A stretch of DNA of 64,000 nt, from NCBI GenBank assembly GCA_028534125.1, contig CM052817.1, positions 19,966,001 through 20,030,000 on the forward strand, given 5' to 3'. Origin of the DNA: Lama glama (taxonomy: Eukaryota). The notes beneath the pieces are model-generated. The model saw nothing but the letters and a program-made list of their open reading frames with translations. It searched no databases and had not been told where the DNA came from. Below, in pieces: positions 10,819 to 24,300 of the stretch. Positions within the stretch are counted from its first letter, which is position 1. Each line of letters starts with the position of its first letter. A program made the position numbers and the translations under genes.

Positions 10819-12056
10819 GTCACTTGATTTTTTTAAGTGTGCATTTTTTTTAAGGATGATCATAGTGTGAAGCATACACCTAGAGCTGGTGTATTTAGCT
10901 AAAAATATGGAGAGTACATAGATCATGACCTGCTGAATAAGGAGTCACAAGCCACCCACACAGGGGTGGGAATAAAGGTGGGCATTAGAATGAGCTCCTA
11001 CTTTGGAGAGATGAAAACCCTGGGGCTTGTTTTGATCAAACGTGCAGTTTCAATGCACTCACACAAGGGAAGTAAAGTCATAAATGTATTACCTACAGAT
11101 CCCAGATTGAGGGGGTACAATGAGTCAGGGGAAGGTAGCCCATCTTTCATCAACAGGGAGCAGGAAATAGACAGTACCCACCTATTACTTACAAGGCAGC
11201 TGGGGTGGGGTTTACTAATATTTTGAGGGCTCAACAAGTTGCCGTTTTATTATGTGGTGCTCCATGAAAAGCAAGAAGGGAACTCATGGCAGACTCTTAA
11301 GCTCAGGTACTTCTCTAAATGTTCACACTCTGCGCATGAGCAGAGTTGTCATTCTGTAAAATGCCTAGGCAGCAACTCAAACAATGGTTTTTTCATCACA
11401 GAAGCATCACAAGGCAACAACCCTAGAGAAAACTGACGATTTACTCTTTACCTCTCACTTTTTTTCGAATCCCCCTTTTTTAAAGAATTACTTTTAGGAG
11501 GAATGTCCTGCATGCTCAATCCATGTGTCTTGATGAAAGCTCTATTACTGTTACATTTCTAGTCCTAAAACATAAGTGTTGGGAACTGTTGGGAAACGGA
11601 TGTTGCATTTAAATGGAGTTGTTTGTTTTTTTTTCCTACTACATATATTCACAGTTATTATCGGATAATTGATTGTAATATCTATCTATAAAATATTCCA
11701 ATAAATATTACATGTAATTTTCTATGATTTCCTAAGATGCAGCCACATGCTAACTTATTAAGCAGAAATTTATAAAATCTACTTATAAAAATGAGAAAAA
11801 ATGATTGTTCTCAGTATATTTCACAAAGATGATACAAGAATTAATAATTTAATGATTATGTGTCAACTAACTATGTGTTGGAGATAATAAGGGATTTTCT
11901 TCTCTATAGATCTTTAACTGAAAATCAAGACCTGTCATTTGAGTTCTTACCGATGAAGGTAATCAGCTAATGCACCGCTACTTCCTTTTTTTCTATTTCT
12001 TGTTACATCTCAAATCCCAATTATTGCCAATCAGGAGAGGTGTTGTTCTGATATTC

Positions 12057-12100
<44 letters not shown>
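12057..12100. repeat. (TCTA)11 tetranucleotide microsatellite
   Basis: Perfect repeat read directly. Confidence 0.95.
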
Positions 12101-12102
<2 letters not shown>

Positions 12103-14829
12103 CTAATCTGGCAAATTAAAATTAAATTTTTTTAATTAATTTTTTTTAAATTAAGAGTTTAGAAAGTTGAAACAATAACACCCAGTCTATTAGAGGTTAG
12201 GTCCAAATGTTTAATGAGTGTAAGTAAAATTCTTTTCAGTCATACTACATTTACAGGTTAGTTTATGGGTGTGTGTAAGCCTGGTTTTATCTGCAGAGGG
12301 CGTATTAGAATTATTTAAAGTGATCGACAAGTATTGTTTCCCTATAAAATACAATTTATATGAGTGTATACACAGTTGTCTGGACAATGTGAAGGAAAAG
12401 CAACACTGCTTTTGACTTCATGTATGAAATCCTCAAATGCAGAGCAGACAAGCTGTAGGCTGAGGTGAGTGCTGTCAGGATGGAGCCGAGTCAATAGCAA
12501 GCAATCCTGCAGGAAGGAGCACCTGAACGTACATTTCTCTAGAGTAACAGTAGATACGTGGCACAATGATTTATGGCAGCGCCATGGACACAAAGAAAAT
12601 AAACAAGATTTTTATGTCAAAGCACAACTTGAAATCATATTCCCTGATCACCGTCCTGCTATATGTTTTACTGAGCATGTATATACAGCTTCTGACGGGG
12701 GGGGGGGTTACCGTATTTAATATGAGTATGTTCTTGACAGAGCACGTGAGACTTGATTCATTTCTGAGTTCTCCATTACCAACTCTGACAGCTTTACAGC
12801 TCTGCTGGGAAATGAAGTGTAACAGGTTACTAAGCAACTCTGCAGCTTTTTAAAAGTATGTCTTGGAACTCACTTGTTTCTCTAATTGATTCCATCCACG
12901 TCATTTTGAACATAAATGGGCCATCATGTTTAGAAATACGCTGGATTGCTACTTCCAGCTAACATGCTTGCTACCTCTGCATGTCTAAATCAAGGACCGG
13001 CATATAAATGTCATATTCAAAGCAAATTTTTATCTTTCTCTTGAGTTGCATTGAAAAATATGTATAAATATACATATATTTTTGGCAGTTCAAGTTAGTG
13101 TCTGAAGTTATCTGCACAATGTCAGAAAATAACACAAAAGACTCAAGAGTGATTCTCCTTTTTTTTTTTTTTGACTTTTACAGAGAATAAAGGTTTAATT
13201 AGCCAGTAAGGCTTACCTCCTTGTCCATCCTCACAATATAATACATCAGAATTAATAGCAAATCTGTCTCACAGCATGGCTGCCATGTTGACATTTCTGC
13301 AGTTGCCAAATCTTTGAACAAGATAATATCTCATCCAGCATTGAAATATTAGTAATAAATGCCTCCACATATCACATTTCACGGGGAGCAAATTAGGATA
13401 TTAATATCTTTGACCTATCTTTCCCTTATATCCGAGTAAACAATAAAGTGATACAAACATTTTATATTCAGTGTATTTTCTCAAAGACTCATTCACTCTC
13501 CACTCACAATGTTAGAGTAGTGAACAATTTAGCTACTAACTCTGTGTACTTAGATTATTTTGTAATTTAATGACTGTCGAAAATGTAGGAGAAACTGATA
13601 GATTTTTTTAAAATTCTGGATATTTGTGCTCAGTGTTTGCTTTGGAATTGTTTAATTATTTCCTCTTTACTTAAAATGTGACCATTTACAGAATCCTTTA
13701 TAAGAATCACTTCACAAGTAGTCACTTTAAAACAACTGCTGATATAAAAAGTATGTTTAATTATTCAACTAACTGGAAGAATCCTAGTAATATATAATAT
13801 ATATAGTAAGATATAGATGCCATTTTAAAACTAAAAATATCTTTAGAAGTGAATTTTAATTACTGGATCAGAATACTGTGATGGTTACCAATATTGTATG
13901 GCTTTAGTAATCACATAGATATGTGTGTGAAAACTTAGCCATCGAACAAAAAATGTGACAGTTAATAAAATAAGATATGCAAAAGCATATGTGGTAACAA
14001 ACATAATAAACTCGGCTGATAAAGTGTCTTAGCCAACAATTCTTTCCTACTGGAAACAAGTCTAATCATTGTTGGACCTCTTCTGTTCTGCTGCTAGTTA
14101 GGAAGAACTGAACAGAAAATATCAACCCTGATACCTGATATTTTGAATGAAAGCTGATGAAAACTGAAGGCAAAAAAAATCACTACCAAAAACTATAAAA
14201 AAAAAATGACAGAATGACTACTTCCTAACACTTCCATCAATCACTGACACCCATTAGCAGATTGTACAATGTTTGCTTTGAGCAAAGAAAAGAAAACAAA
14301 ACTCATGAGTCAAAACTGCTTTTTATCCTCTGAACTAAGACTCCACCTCTCAAATATGCTATCTCCCAAAACATTCGGCAGTCTATGGTTGTTAGTAGCT
14401 TCAAGCAAGATAAATCAATAAGGAAAGTCCCATACAACTGTATCAAATTGCAACCATAGACAGAAACAGCCTGAGGTGAATTCTAATACAACATTGGTAC
14501 CTTGAAAAAAATTTTATATTCACTATGAAAGCAGAAAAAACCTTGGATTGTCCAAATGTTTTCTCAGTGTTGAAAATCATCTTTCTTCAATATATGTTCC
14601 CTAGAGGATAGATTTCAAAATTATGTTATATAATACAATGTTACAAGAATATAAGCCTGAATCCAAAGACAGAGGGCATAAATTAAAATCAAATATAAAT
14701 CTGGCTATTTTAGGAATTAAATTAGTGGTCAATATGTATATGAGATCTTAAGAATTGCATCTCAGTGAAATCAATTCCAGATTGTTTCATTTTGACCTTT
14801 TAGATATTTTACAGTAAAGGCTGCTCTTT

Positions 14830-15300
14830 TCTGTTTTCTTATGATAAAAGCAATTAATGCTTATTGCAAAAATTTTAGAAAATGCAAATAGCAAAAAAAG
14901 AAAATAAATAGATAAAAGCAAATAGCCTCCAATTGGGTAAACAATGTTGAAATTTTACTGCATATAATTCTCATCTCTTTTTCTTTTCTTATGCATATTC
15001 ACATATATAAATATAAATATATATATCTCCAGAAAAATAAGACTAAACATGACATTCTCTTTGCATCATTATTTGCTTTTAATTAATAATGAATAGAACA
15101 CAATTTTATACGCTATTAAGTATTTTTCAGATGCATCATATTAAATAACTGCTTTGTATGGATTTGAAGTATTTTATTAAATCAGCCTCATTCCCTTGCG
15201 TATTCCTTGGATACTCACTTGGATAATTTCGAGGTTTTGATCCATTAAATAAAATATTGTGCTGTCGTTTCTTTATTATATTTATAGATTTTTTTGAAGT
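14830..15300 (-). mobile_element. Old L1 (L1ME-like) 3' end
   Basis: ttatgataaaagcaattaatgcttattgcaaaaattttagaaaatgcaaatag... and ...ggatactcacttggataatttcgagg resemble antisense old L1 3' ends. Highly diverged. Confidence 0.5.
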
Positions 15301-18300
15301 TTTCTACACTAGAGCATCTGAATCTCATTGAAATAAAAACAAAAGAAATTAACAAAAACATTTTAGAAATGAATTTATATTCAAACTCCAGAAAAGACAT
15401 GAAAAAGCAGTTTGCATCTACAGGTCAAATAGCTGAGAGGAAAAGCAAATCTCTCTCAATTTTCTCAACATTGGAAAGGAGAACTAGTAGAAAGTTTAGA
15501 GGAAAAAAAATAAAGGCATTATTAATTTACAACATACATAAGTCAGAGCAATTTTTTAAGCATTTATGAATTGCTAATGGTGAATGAGACAATAAAGACA
15601 GCAGAGAAACTAGAACCTAACTTTATGTCAATAATAATGTGGTATTTGGAAGACCAAATGATGTGAATATGAAACTGGAAGGCTGATAATGTGATACAAA
15701 TGTAATGACATAATAAGTCAAAGGAGAAAGTAATGAAAATTAGTCAGAGCAGGCAGGGAAGATTCAGAAACAAAAGGCAGCACTGGAACTTGAATGTGAA
15801 AGAAGTTGATTTCAGATGACACTTAACATCCATTTCTGCATACAGAGTTAACTTAGCTTATTGTTTCTTTGTCATTTTACTTTGTTCTTGCCATCATACA
15901 ATTCTCTTTTTCATCAAGGATGCGCAAAATGTGTGTAGTGTTAAAAAAAAAAAAGAGTAAACTGGATTTAGGGAGGTGTTAAGGATTCCATTGTACCTTC
16001 CCCTACCCTTTATTCTCTTGGAAAAATGTTCACACACATAATAATCAGGCCCTTCTGTAATGCATTTTCCTCAAAAAAACGTGTGAAGCGAAGGCAGTTC
16101 ATGCAGTGTCATTTATTAAGCCTGTTGATAGAGATGGCGAAACAAAACCTGGAAACTACTGTGACAGGCAGCTGAGGGGCTGGCATGTAAGATTGCTTCC
16201 CCAAGCTTATAGAGGAGGGTGGAATGAATCACTAAACAGAAGAGAGACGCTGAAAGTATGAGGGAATTATAAAATGGGGTGGAGGTAAGTAAAGAAGAAT
16301 GATTTTATAGAAAAAGAAATCAAAGAATAGTTATTAAAATATTTACTTTAAAAAAAAAAGAAAATACGAGGGAATGCTTGCAGAAGTAGATGTGAAAATT
16401 CTCAACTGATAATAATGTACCATTACTATTTGAGGTAAAATTACATTTCCTGGATTACAGTATCCTTTATTATTACTTAATTGAAGCGTCTAAACATGGC
16501 ACTGACACAATGTATTTAATCACCAACTGTGAGGTGACAAACGGTTGCTCATTCTTGCCATGCATTAATATAAATACTGAGGTTAAGAAATACTTGATGT
16601 TTTATAATTTCTCACCTTGCCTGTGAACTACCTTTGCAGTAGCTCTTTTATCAGCAAGTAATAATTGCATACAAGGACCAATAACCTTCTTCAGGCATAG
16701 AAATGAAGAGACATAAGAAAGCCTGAAGTTCTCAATGTCCTTTCTGGAAAAAGCCTCTGGAAAACTGGAAAGGGTCCATAATTCACAAGAGATGATGGTT
16801 GATCAGTATCCTACAAAACCATCGATGATAATGAAGTCTGTATCACTCACTTATCTCTCTGTTCCACAGATTTCTGAGCAATAATGTATGGCTGAGCTTA
16901 CTGCCCTTTGGAAAGCAGTGAGCGAAAGAGTAACTTCTTTCATTCTCGCAGTAACGCCTGGATGTAAGTATCAGTTTGGAATGGATCAACCTGGAGGTTA
17001 CAGAAAGCACGATGAAGAGCCCCCCTGCCGGGTGTGTGTGCATCCAGGGAGGAGGTTTCCAGTATCAGCTCAGCAGCTCAACAGTGTCAGTGATAATCAC
17101 GTTCTTCCACCTTTGCGTCCTATCCCTCTTAGCAAGTTGGCCTTTCTCCTCATGGCCGTGTGGCCAAGGAAAACAAATCACCATGACTAGAAAATATAAT
17201 TCATGAAAGAATCCTTGTGCCTGGTTCAGGGGTTGTCTCCTTCTTCCAGTTAAGGGCTCCCCCCCACCCAGTTACGTAGGACATTGTGTAAAGTAGGTGT
17301 TTATTCTTAACACAGTGAGATACGGTAAAGCACTTCTCACTGCAGAGTTACACAGTCTAATCTTCCTTTTGAATAATCATTCTAGGTGCCCTGTGGAAAT
17401 GATTTGTCAAGGGTCAAGAAGCAAGGAGGACAGCAGTTAGAAAAGGCCTGAGTAGCTCTGGGAAGGGAAAGAAATGACATGGCTCAGTAGATTACAGTCA
17501 CAACGGAACAAGGTACAGAGAAGACTATTTCTGGTAATGTTGATTTGCCATAATTGAACTTGAATTTCCTCTTAAGCTCACCAAGCTGCAGAGGATCTGC
17601 TGTATATTCAAAGACTCCCTCAGGCATGCCTTGCCCCCAGCTAATGAATACCACAGTTTAATCTCACTGGGATTTTTGCAGTCTTCATAATCTCAACTCC
17701 TATGATGCAAACAGTTAAGACCATCTCTGAGACACCACTGAAGTCTTTTGAACAGTGTGTCTCCCAAAGCCATACTTCCTTTTGAAGAATTTGCCCCCCA
17801 TATCTCTGTAAATCAGAGCACCGATGTAAACCTCACCCCAGGAGCAGAAGTTCTAAGAACGAAAATCTCTGCAGCAATCTTGAGCTGCTGTTTTCTGTTC
17901 TTCTGGCACCATTGATAAATCCTCTCTGCCAGCACAGTATGAAGAGCATTCACATTAGAAACGTATCCTTCACTTCTCTGGTGAAATGTAGGTGTTATCA
18001 CATCAAAAGGCTTCTGCTTAAACTAAACCCTTATCACTGTAACTTTTCCTTTGCCCAAGAGACCACATCTGGAAGGCACTACACAAGAAAACATTACATT
18101 ACTGCTTGGAAAACTCTCCAAAGTGGCATAAGAGATGTTAAAATTTGGAAAACTCTTAGATTATTCTTATCTTCTTTCAGCTTCGTATCTGCCAAAAGCT
18201 CCTCTCCTCAGTTCTCCATCTGTACTGCATCAAATTCAGCCCTCAGTTTTAGCTGCTAAATCTAAATCTGATTATATTGCTAAATTATGAAATCTGTGAT

Positions 18301-19943
18301 CACCACGGGTGAGAATCATGTTTCTTTCTTATTGTTTTGCATGTTTGCCTTTGTATTTTTGGTGGATAGGGACTAGTCTAGGAACCCTGCATTAAAAAAA
18401 AAAAGTTTCTCCACATGGTAGAATTTGCCTTATTTGGCTTACTTATCTTCCCAGATACTTAGGTCCTACTGCCAAACTACAGACAGGTGACAGGAGCATT
18501 AATACCTACTGGCAGACTTACCTGGTTCATATTACCAATCTATTTATTTAAATTTTTTAAAGAATTACTGAATTTTGATTTGCGATTGCCAATTTGCACT
18601 CTTCTCTGAAAACATGTTTTTTAACAGTGGACTTTATAATGTCAATACATTTTATCACCACTAGGTACTGCTCTTTATGAACTGGACTTTTCCTTTGCTT
18701 TTCATGTGGTTGTTACTTTAAGATGCCTGTCCATTCTCGGATTGCCTTTTAAATTTCAAATATGCAGGGCATGTCTTAAAGAAGCCACAGTAAATAAATT
18801 TTCTTAGCCCCAAATCAGAGCCCACTCTGCCAGTTGGTGTGAATGATTGTCAGACTGCCCTAGAAAATCTAACATAAATAACTATCCAGTCAATGGGGAA
18901 ATTCCTTTTTCCACTCAGGACCTAAGATAGAAGCTTCTCCAAAGTGAAAATCCTCTTCCTCTCACCAGGAAAATAATTCTAGTTAGGAAATTTTAAAAAC
19001 AAAGCAAAAAAAAAAAAAAAAAAAAAGAACAAAAAGCACCCACAATGCTTATTCTTCTCCCAGCCATAGGAGCAATTTTTTAACTCCACAAATAAATATA
19101 TCTATTAAAATTGGGTAAAATATTGCTGTTGAGTCATATTATCATGGAAAAGGTTTAGATCTCATAATTGACTAGCAATATATCATAATTGTATTCAAGG
19201 TCCTTTACTGTGTGAGATTAAAGTAAAAATGAAAGCACTCCATGTTTGTTTCCAAGAAATAAACTTGGCCAATAACCTTTTGTGTGTGTGTGTGCAATGT
19301 CAAAATACAGTCATTTTAGCAAATATTGTATTCTGCTGCTTAACAGCAATGTGTGAAAGTGGTTTTCCATTGTCTGCAAATAATAACTGAACTACACTGT
19401 TAGAAAATTTGTTTTGAAACAGAGATAACTTTTCATTTCTGTTGTTGGTTTATTCTTTAAGCTCAAGCTCAAGTTTTTAGACCACCAGGAAAGCTATCTG
19501 ACTGAAACCTCGGAGTAACTCATGGTAGTTAAATAGTATGTTTTACATATTAAACAGAGTGAAATCATGGTAGTTATACAGAAAGAAAAGGACAGCAAAA
19601 TAATAAAATCAAATGCCTTTGTCATCTGGAATGTGTAATAGACACACAGTATCATCGAGATAGACGACAGCCCTCCCAGACAGAGCTGCTTCCCAGGTTT
19701 CTCTCTATGCTTTTTCATAAAGTGGTTTTCATTAGTCTTATAATCAGGAAAATCACCAGAAATCTCAGAATAAAATACTAGCAATAAGAGAACATTTTTG
19801 AACAGCAAATGCTGTACCTTACACTAAAATTTTCAGTGGCCCAGAGAAAAAGCAAAGAAAATAAAAGAAATAAATTAAGAAGATATTTTTGCATTCTGAA
19901 ATAGCTTCAAGAATTTTAATAACAAGTCAGAAAACACTATACT

Positions 19944-20120
19944 TGTTATAGACTAAATGGATCCCCTCTCCGCAAAATTCATGTGTTGAAGCCAAATTCT
20001 CAACATCTTAGGAAGTGTCTGTGTTTGGAGATTTGGAGATAATGCCTTTAAAGAGGTGGTTAAAATTTAATCAGGTCATCGGACTTGGGCCCTAATCCAA
20101 TAGAACTGCTGTCCTTATAA
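19944..20120 (+). mobile_element. MaLR LTR 5' half (MLT1A/B-like)
   Basis: tgttatagactaaat...aaaattcatgtgttgaag...tttggagat...ctttaaagaggt...gggccctaatccaatagaactgctgtccttataa matches the MLT1B 5' half as recalled. It is truncated where the L1 starts. Confidence 0.8.
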
Positions 20121-22165
20121 CAGTGTTTATACCAGTCTATTCATAGTTGTCAAAAATTGGAAACTAACAGGATATTCTTCAACAAGTGAATGGTTAAGCA
20201 AGAGGCACTACTTTCATATAATGGAATGCTATTTTTCTACCAAAAGGAATGAGCTAAAAAACAAAACAAAACTCTATATAGAGAGAGTAAAGGGAGTAAC
20301 AGAGGATATCAGAAGCCCTAAGATCAGTATAACTGTTCTGTATAGTAATGTAATGTGGATACATGACACTATGCATTTGTCAAAATCTGTAGACTTCAAA
20401 GCACAAAGACTAAAACAATATATACAAATTAAAAAATAAGAAGTTGGGGGAATCCCCGGATGAAATGCAGACTATAACAAACATAGCTAACTCTATTACA
20501 TTTAACTTTTTTTTTTTTAGGAGACGAGGTAACTAGGTTTATTTATTTACTTATTTTTTAAATGGAGGTACTGGAGATTGAACCCAGGACCTTGTGCATG
20601 CTAGGCAGGCACTCTGCCACTGAGCTATCTTCTCCCCCTAGCTAACTCTATTACAAATGTACAAAACAATCTCACTGAAAAGGGTGAAGGAAAAATGCTG
20701 ACCTAAGCGAATTTGGAAAGGAGTGGACCTTCTAAAACTAAAGGACAAGGGAAAGGCACTTACCACTGTGATTGTTGGTAAAGTTATTTCCTATGAGGGC
20801 ACAGTTAACAGTTCTGAAACCATATGAGGATATTATTAGAAATGAATAGTTCAGTAAATGGCAAATCCTGGGAGCCAGGCTTCCTGTGTTGAAGTTGGAG
20901 TTTAGCAATTAGCAAGGGAGGAGGCTATAATGAGCCATGTAATAATGGATTAGAGTTTGAGACATCAGCATAAACTCATGTTTAGTTTAATATAGAGACA
21001 TATGGTTACATATAGAAATATTTATAGACGTGTATATAAACAGGTTATGTATCAGCTGAGACTAGTATCAATGACATCCCAGTAGCAGTGAACTTCTCCA
21101 GTGCCCAGATCTTGGATTACATTCCATTCACCAATAAAGAAAAATGGGAAGCTTTACAGAAATAACTAAATCTGGTATTGAGACACAGAATTTACAAGAT
21201 GAGACTGGAACCACTTGCGGCTAGAAAATAAGAATGTGCCTAAAAAAATTAAATTCCACAATGTTGTTTATATGCCAAAGGGACAATATAAGCAACAGCC
21301 AACTGAAAGAATTCCCACAGGCCAATGCTGGAAGAATTTGAGCAACTAAACAAAGAAGAGAGTATTAGATTATTGCCCAAAGCATAAAATAATGTTCATG
21401 AATCTATAGTTATATAAATAAATGATTGAATAGATGGTAGATAGATAAAGAGAAAAAAGCTAAAGCTCCTGTGCAGAAAAACATTACTACTGTTCATAGA
21501 TACTCTGCCACTGAGGAAGTGGGGCATAAGTCCCCACGCCTTGAATGTTTGCTGTGCACAGAGACTTTCAAAGAGCACAGGCTGGAAAGGGGAAAAAATG
21601 GTAAATTTAGTGGAGAAATTTGACAAAAACAACTTCAGTCACGTGATGAAGGTAAACATTGAGAGACCACTCATGTTGCTAGTATGTACCAGTAGTATGT
21701 GATGAGAACAGTACTTTACCTCTGTGATCGCCTTCTGAAAAACCCTTAAGTACAGACTTACCCTGAGAAAAACTTCAGACAAACCCTAATGAGGGATATT
21801 TTACAAAAATATACCTGATGGTATTCCTCAAAACTATCAAATAATCAAAACACAAGGAATGTCTCAGAAGTGGTTTCAGGCAAGAGTAAGAGTAGGCCAA
21901 GGAGACAAGATGACCAAATGTGATGTGTCCTGTGGGTTCCTGGGTAAAAGAAGTACATCTAATGAAAACCTAGGAATATAAAGTACGAACTTTAGCTAAC
22001 CATAATGTATCAGTCAATATGGGCCCATTCACTCTGGCAAATAGAATATGCTAATGTAGGCTATGGATAATAGGAAACTGGTTGGAGGTGGTGCACGGTA
22101 ACTCTGCGTCATCTTCACAATTATTCTGCAACTCTAACTCATTCCAAAATAAAATATTCACTAAA
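20121..22165 (+). mobile_element. Old L1 ORF2 end + long 3' UTR (L1MC/L1MD-like), interrupted by a SINE
   Basis: Starts with ORF2 C-terminal nucleotide motifs (tgtttatac...tattcatag...aattggaaac...atggaatgctat...aaaaggaatgagcta). A ~2 kb 3' UTR ends ttccaaaataaaat at ~22155. Confidence 0.75.
20501..20638 (-). mobile_element. tRNA-derived SINE, camelid Vic-1-like, with 17-bp TSD
   Basis: Minus strand ggggagaagatagctcagtggcagag (A box)...gggttcaatctcc (B box)...aaataaataaacctagttacc + A tail. Perfect TSD tagctaactctattaca at 20484-20500 and 20639-20655. Confidence 0.9.
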
Positions 22166-22169
22166 ACTG

Positions 22170-22712
22170 AAAATAGCATACCATTACAATAGTTTCAAAA
22201 TTATGAAAAATCTTTGGGATTATTCTGACAAAAGACGTGAAAGATCTGTACACTGATACCAACAAGCCATTTCTGAGTGATTTTAAGGACCTAAATAAAT
22301 GGAGAGACAAACTGTATTCAGGGATCAGAAGATTCAATATTACTGACATCAATTTTTTATGAGTTGATGCATAGATCCAAAAAACTTCCAATCAAAAATT
22401 CCAGCAGGCTTTCTGTGTATAAATTTGTCAACTAATTCTAAAACTAATATGGAAATGCCCAAGAACCTAGAGCGGTTTAAGCAGTTTGAGAAAGAGAACA
22501 AGGTTTGGGGACTAACACTATGTGATTTCAAGAGTTATTATGAAGCTACAGGAATCAATACAATGTAGTTTTGGCATCAACATAAGCCAATAGATCAATG
22601 GAGCAAAATAGGAAGTTGAAAAATAGAACCACAGCTATGGACACATGGTTTTCAACAAAGGTATAAAGATAATTTAGAGGAGAAAGAATGGCATTTTTAA
22701 CCAAATGCTGTA
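22170..22712 (+). mobile_element. Old L1 ORF2 internal fragment (downstream of RT domain), degenerate
   Basis: Relics of LTKDVKDLY, DLNKW, PIKIP, GGLTL.DFK.YY.AT, IDQW..I are recognisable across frameshifts. Confidence 0.8.
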
Positions 22713-24096
22713 TACTCTTTCCTATGTCAAGGAGTCTAACTAAGGCAATCTTGGATTGGTCTAAATGAAACAATCAGTTGGTCTAGACAAGAGACTACAT
22801 TTTGCAGTCGATATAAGATATGACCCGGTACACTCAATAATCCACTGTCATATTTAACCACAAAACTGACTCTGAAGAAAATTAAGTAGGTCTTTAAGAT
22901 TGTGGCTTTCATGAATAAAGCAAAAATTAAAACCTTTATGGTCTTTATATTCTTCATAGCAACAAGCGTGATGTATATAGCATTAGAGCCACCATGTTGG
23001 CCAACTAAGAAACTTAGGAGACAGCCGATTTCTACCTCATTCTCTTTCTCAACATTCAGTTCAATGTGGCGTTACGTCAAAGATGCTTTCTAATGTCTCT
23101 CATGTAGTCTCTACATCCACTGCTATAGTTTGGTCTTCAGCATCCATTTCTTAGTTCATTGTATTAGCTATTCAACTTAGACTGCTGCTTCCTTTTTTAC
23201 TCACTATCAAATTGCCTTACTTCCAAGGTGATCTTTGTCACTACAATCTGACATCCCTTCAACAGTTTACCAAACACCTAGAAAACCAGTCCTTCTAGGG
23301 ACCTATGGTGGTGTAGTGGTGGCTGCTGAGAATTAAGAGGAGCTAAAGTAGGGCAGACCACTTATTAGGAATTTTTTTATGTGCTATATATCTAGGTCAG
23401 ATTACCTGCATCTCCCGAATAGCCTCCAGGCAGAGTTTGGGGTCCCTTGATCCACAGCATCTTACCGTTGTAATATGTGACATATTTTAACATAAATGTT
23501 ATTTTCCATTGTTGTCAATTACATAGTACTGAGTGATTTCAGAAGGGATGTTTTTTGCAGCTAGAAAATTTTTAATTCAGCTGTACAACTTTTATAATTG
23601 TATGCTTTTTTCTCAGTTGTTAGATGGGCATATTCTGAATGAAAAAATCCTATATTTGGTACGATTTTTGTATGTTTGCTAAAACTAATCTTCATTTACG
23701 TGGTGGAATTTAATATTATATTCAGGTGGAGGAACTGAGGATATAAATTATATTGATTTCTTAGAAAAAGCCTTTTGGGAATTCAAGAGTAGATGTAAGC
23801 TGTAAATCGTTGAAACATATCAATAAAGATGATCTAGTCATTTACTGTTTTAGCTCATTAATTCGCAAAAACTAGTATTACTCAGAGCATGCCAAGACCT
23901 TTAGGGAAGTAAAATAACTAAGTCAGGAACATTACAGAGAGATGATCAGAGAAACTGGCTAGTTCTTCCCCAAAGGGAAGGTCAATCAATTAAAATATGT
24001 TCATAGAGTGCTTTCTAGGTGATGAATGTGATGAGAGGGTTGTGGTGGTGACAATGTTCTAAATCAGAAAGGATCATCAGCCTCAGGGTAAGGATT

Positions 24097-24300
24097 TTTT
24101 TTTTGCTTATTTTTCAATTGAGATTTAGTTGACACATAACATTGATAAGTTTAAAATGCCTTGATACATTTTCACATTGAAGTATGATTACCACAGTGAT
24201 ATTAACTAACATCTCCATTATGTCACAAAATTATCATTTCTTTTTTGTGGTGAGAATACAGTATTATATGCTTCAAAGTTGCTAAGAGGCTAAATTTTTA
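24097..24300 (-). mobile_element. Short L1 3' end (L1MA-like) with inverted 5' segment
   Basis: 24097-24258 is an antisense L1 3' UTR with T tail. 24255-24300 is the immediately upstream L1 segment in sense orientation. Degenerate TSD agggtaaggatt / aaggcaaagatt. Confidence 0.8.

Noticed and set aside
9561..10827. Cluster of overlapping 77-165 aa ORFs as a host gene or CpG-island promoter
   Set aside because: Explained by stop-codon scarcity in the GC-rich L1 5' UTR. Only the strong-Kozak ORF at 10166 is kept as a hypothesis.
12376..12470. Coding exon ending at gag|gtgagt (12465)
   Set aside because: The upstream acceptor lacks a polypyrimidine tract and the peptide is unrecognisable.
20560..20638. 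tRNA gene (A and B boxes present)
   Set aside because: It has a SINE body, an A-rich tail and a 17-bp TSD, so it is a tRNA-derived SINE.
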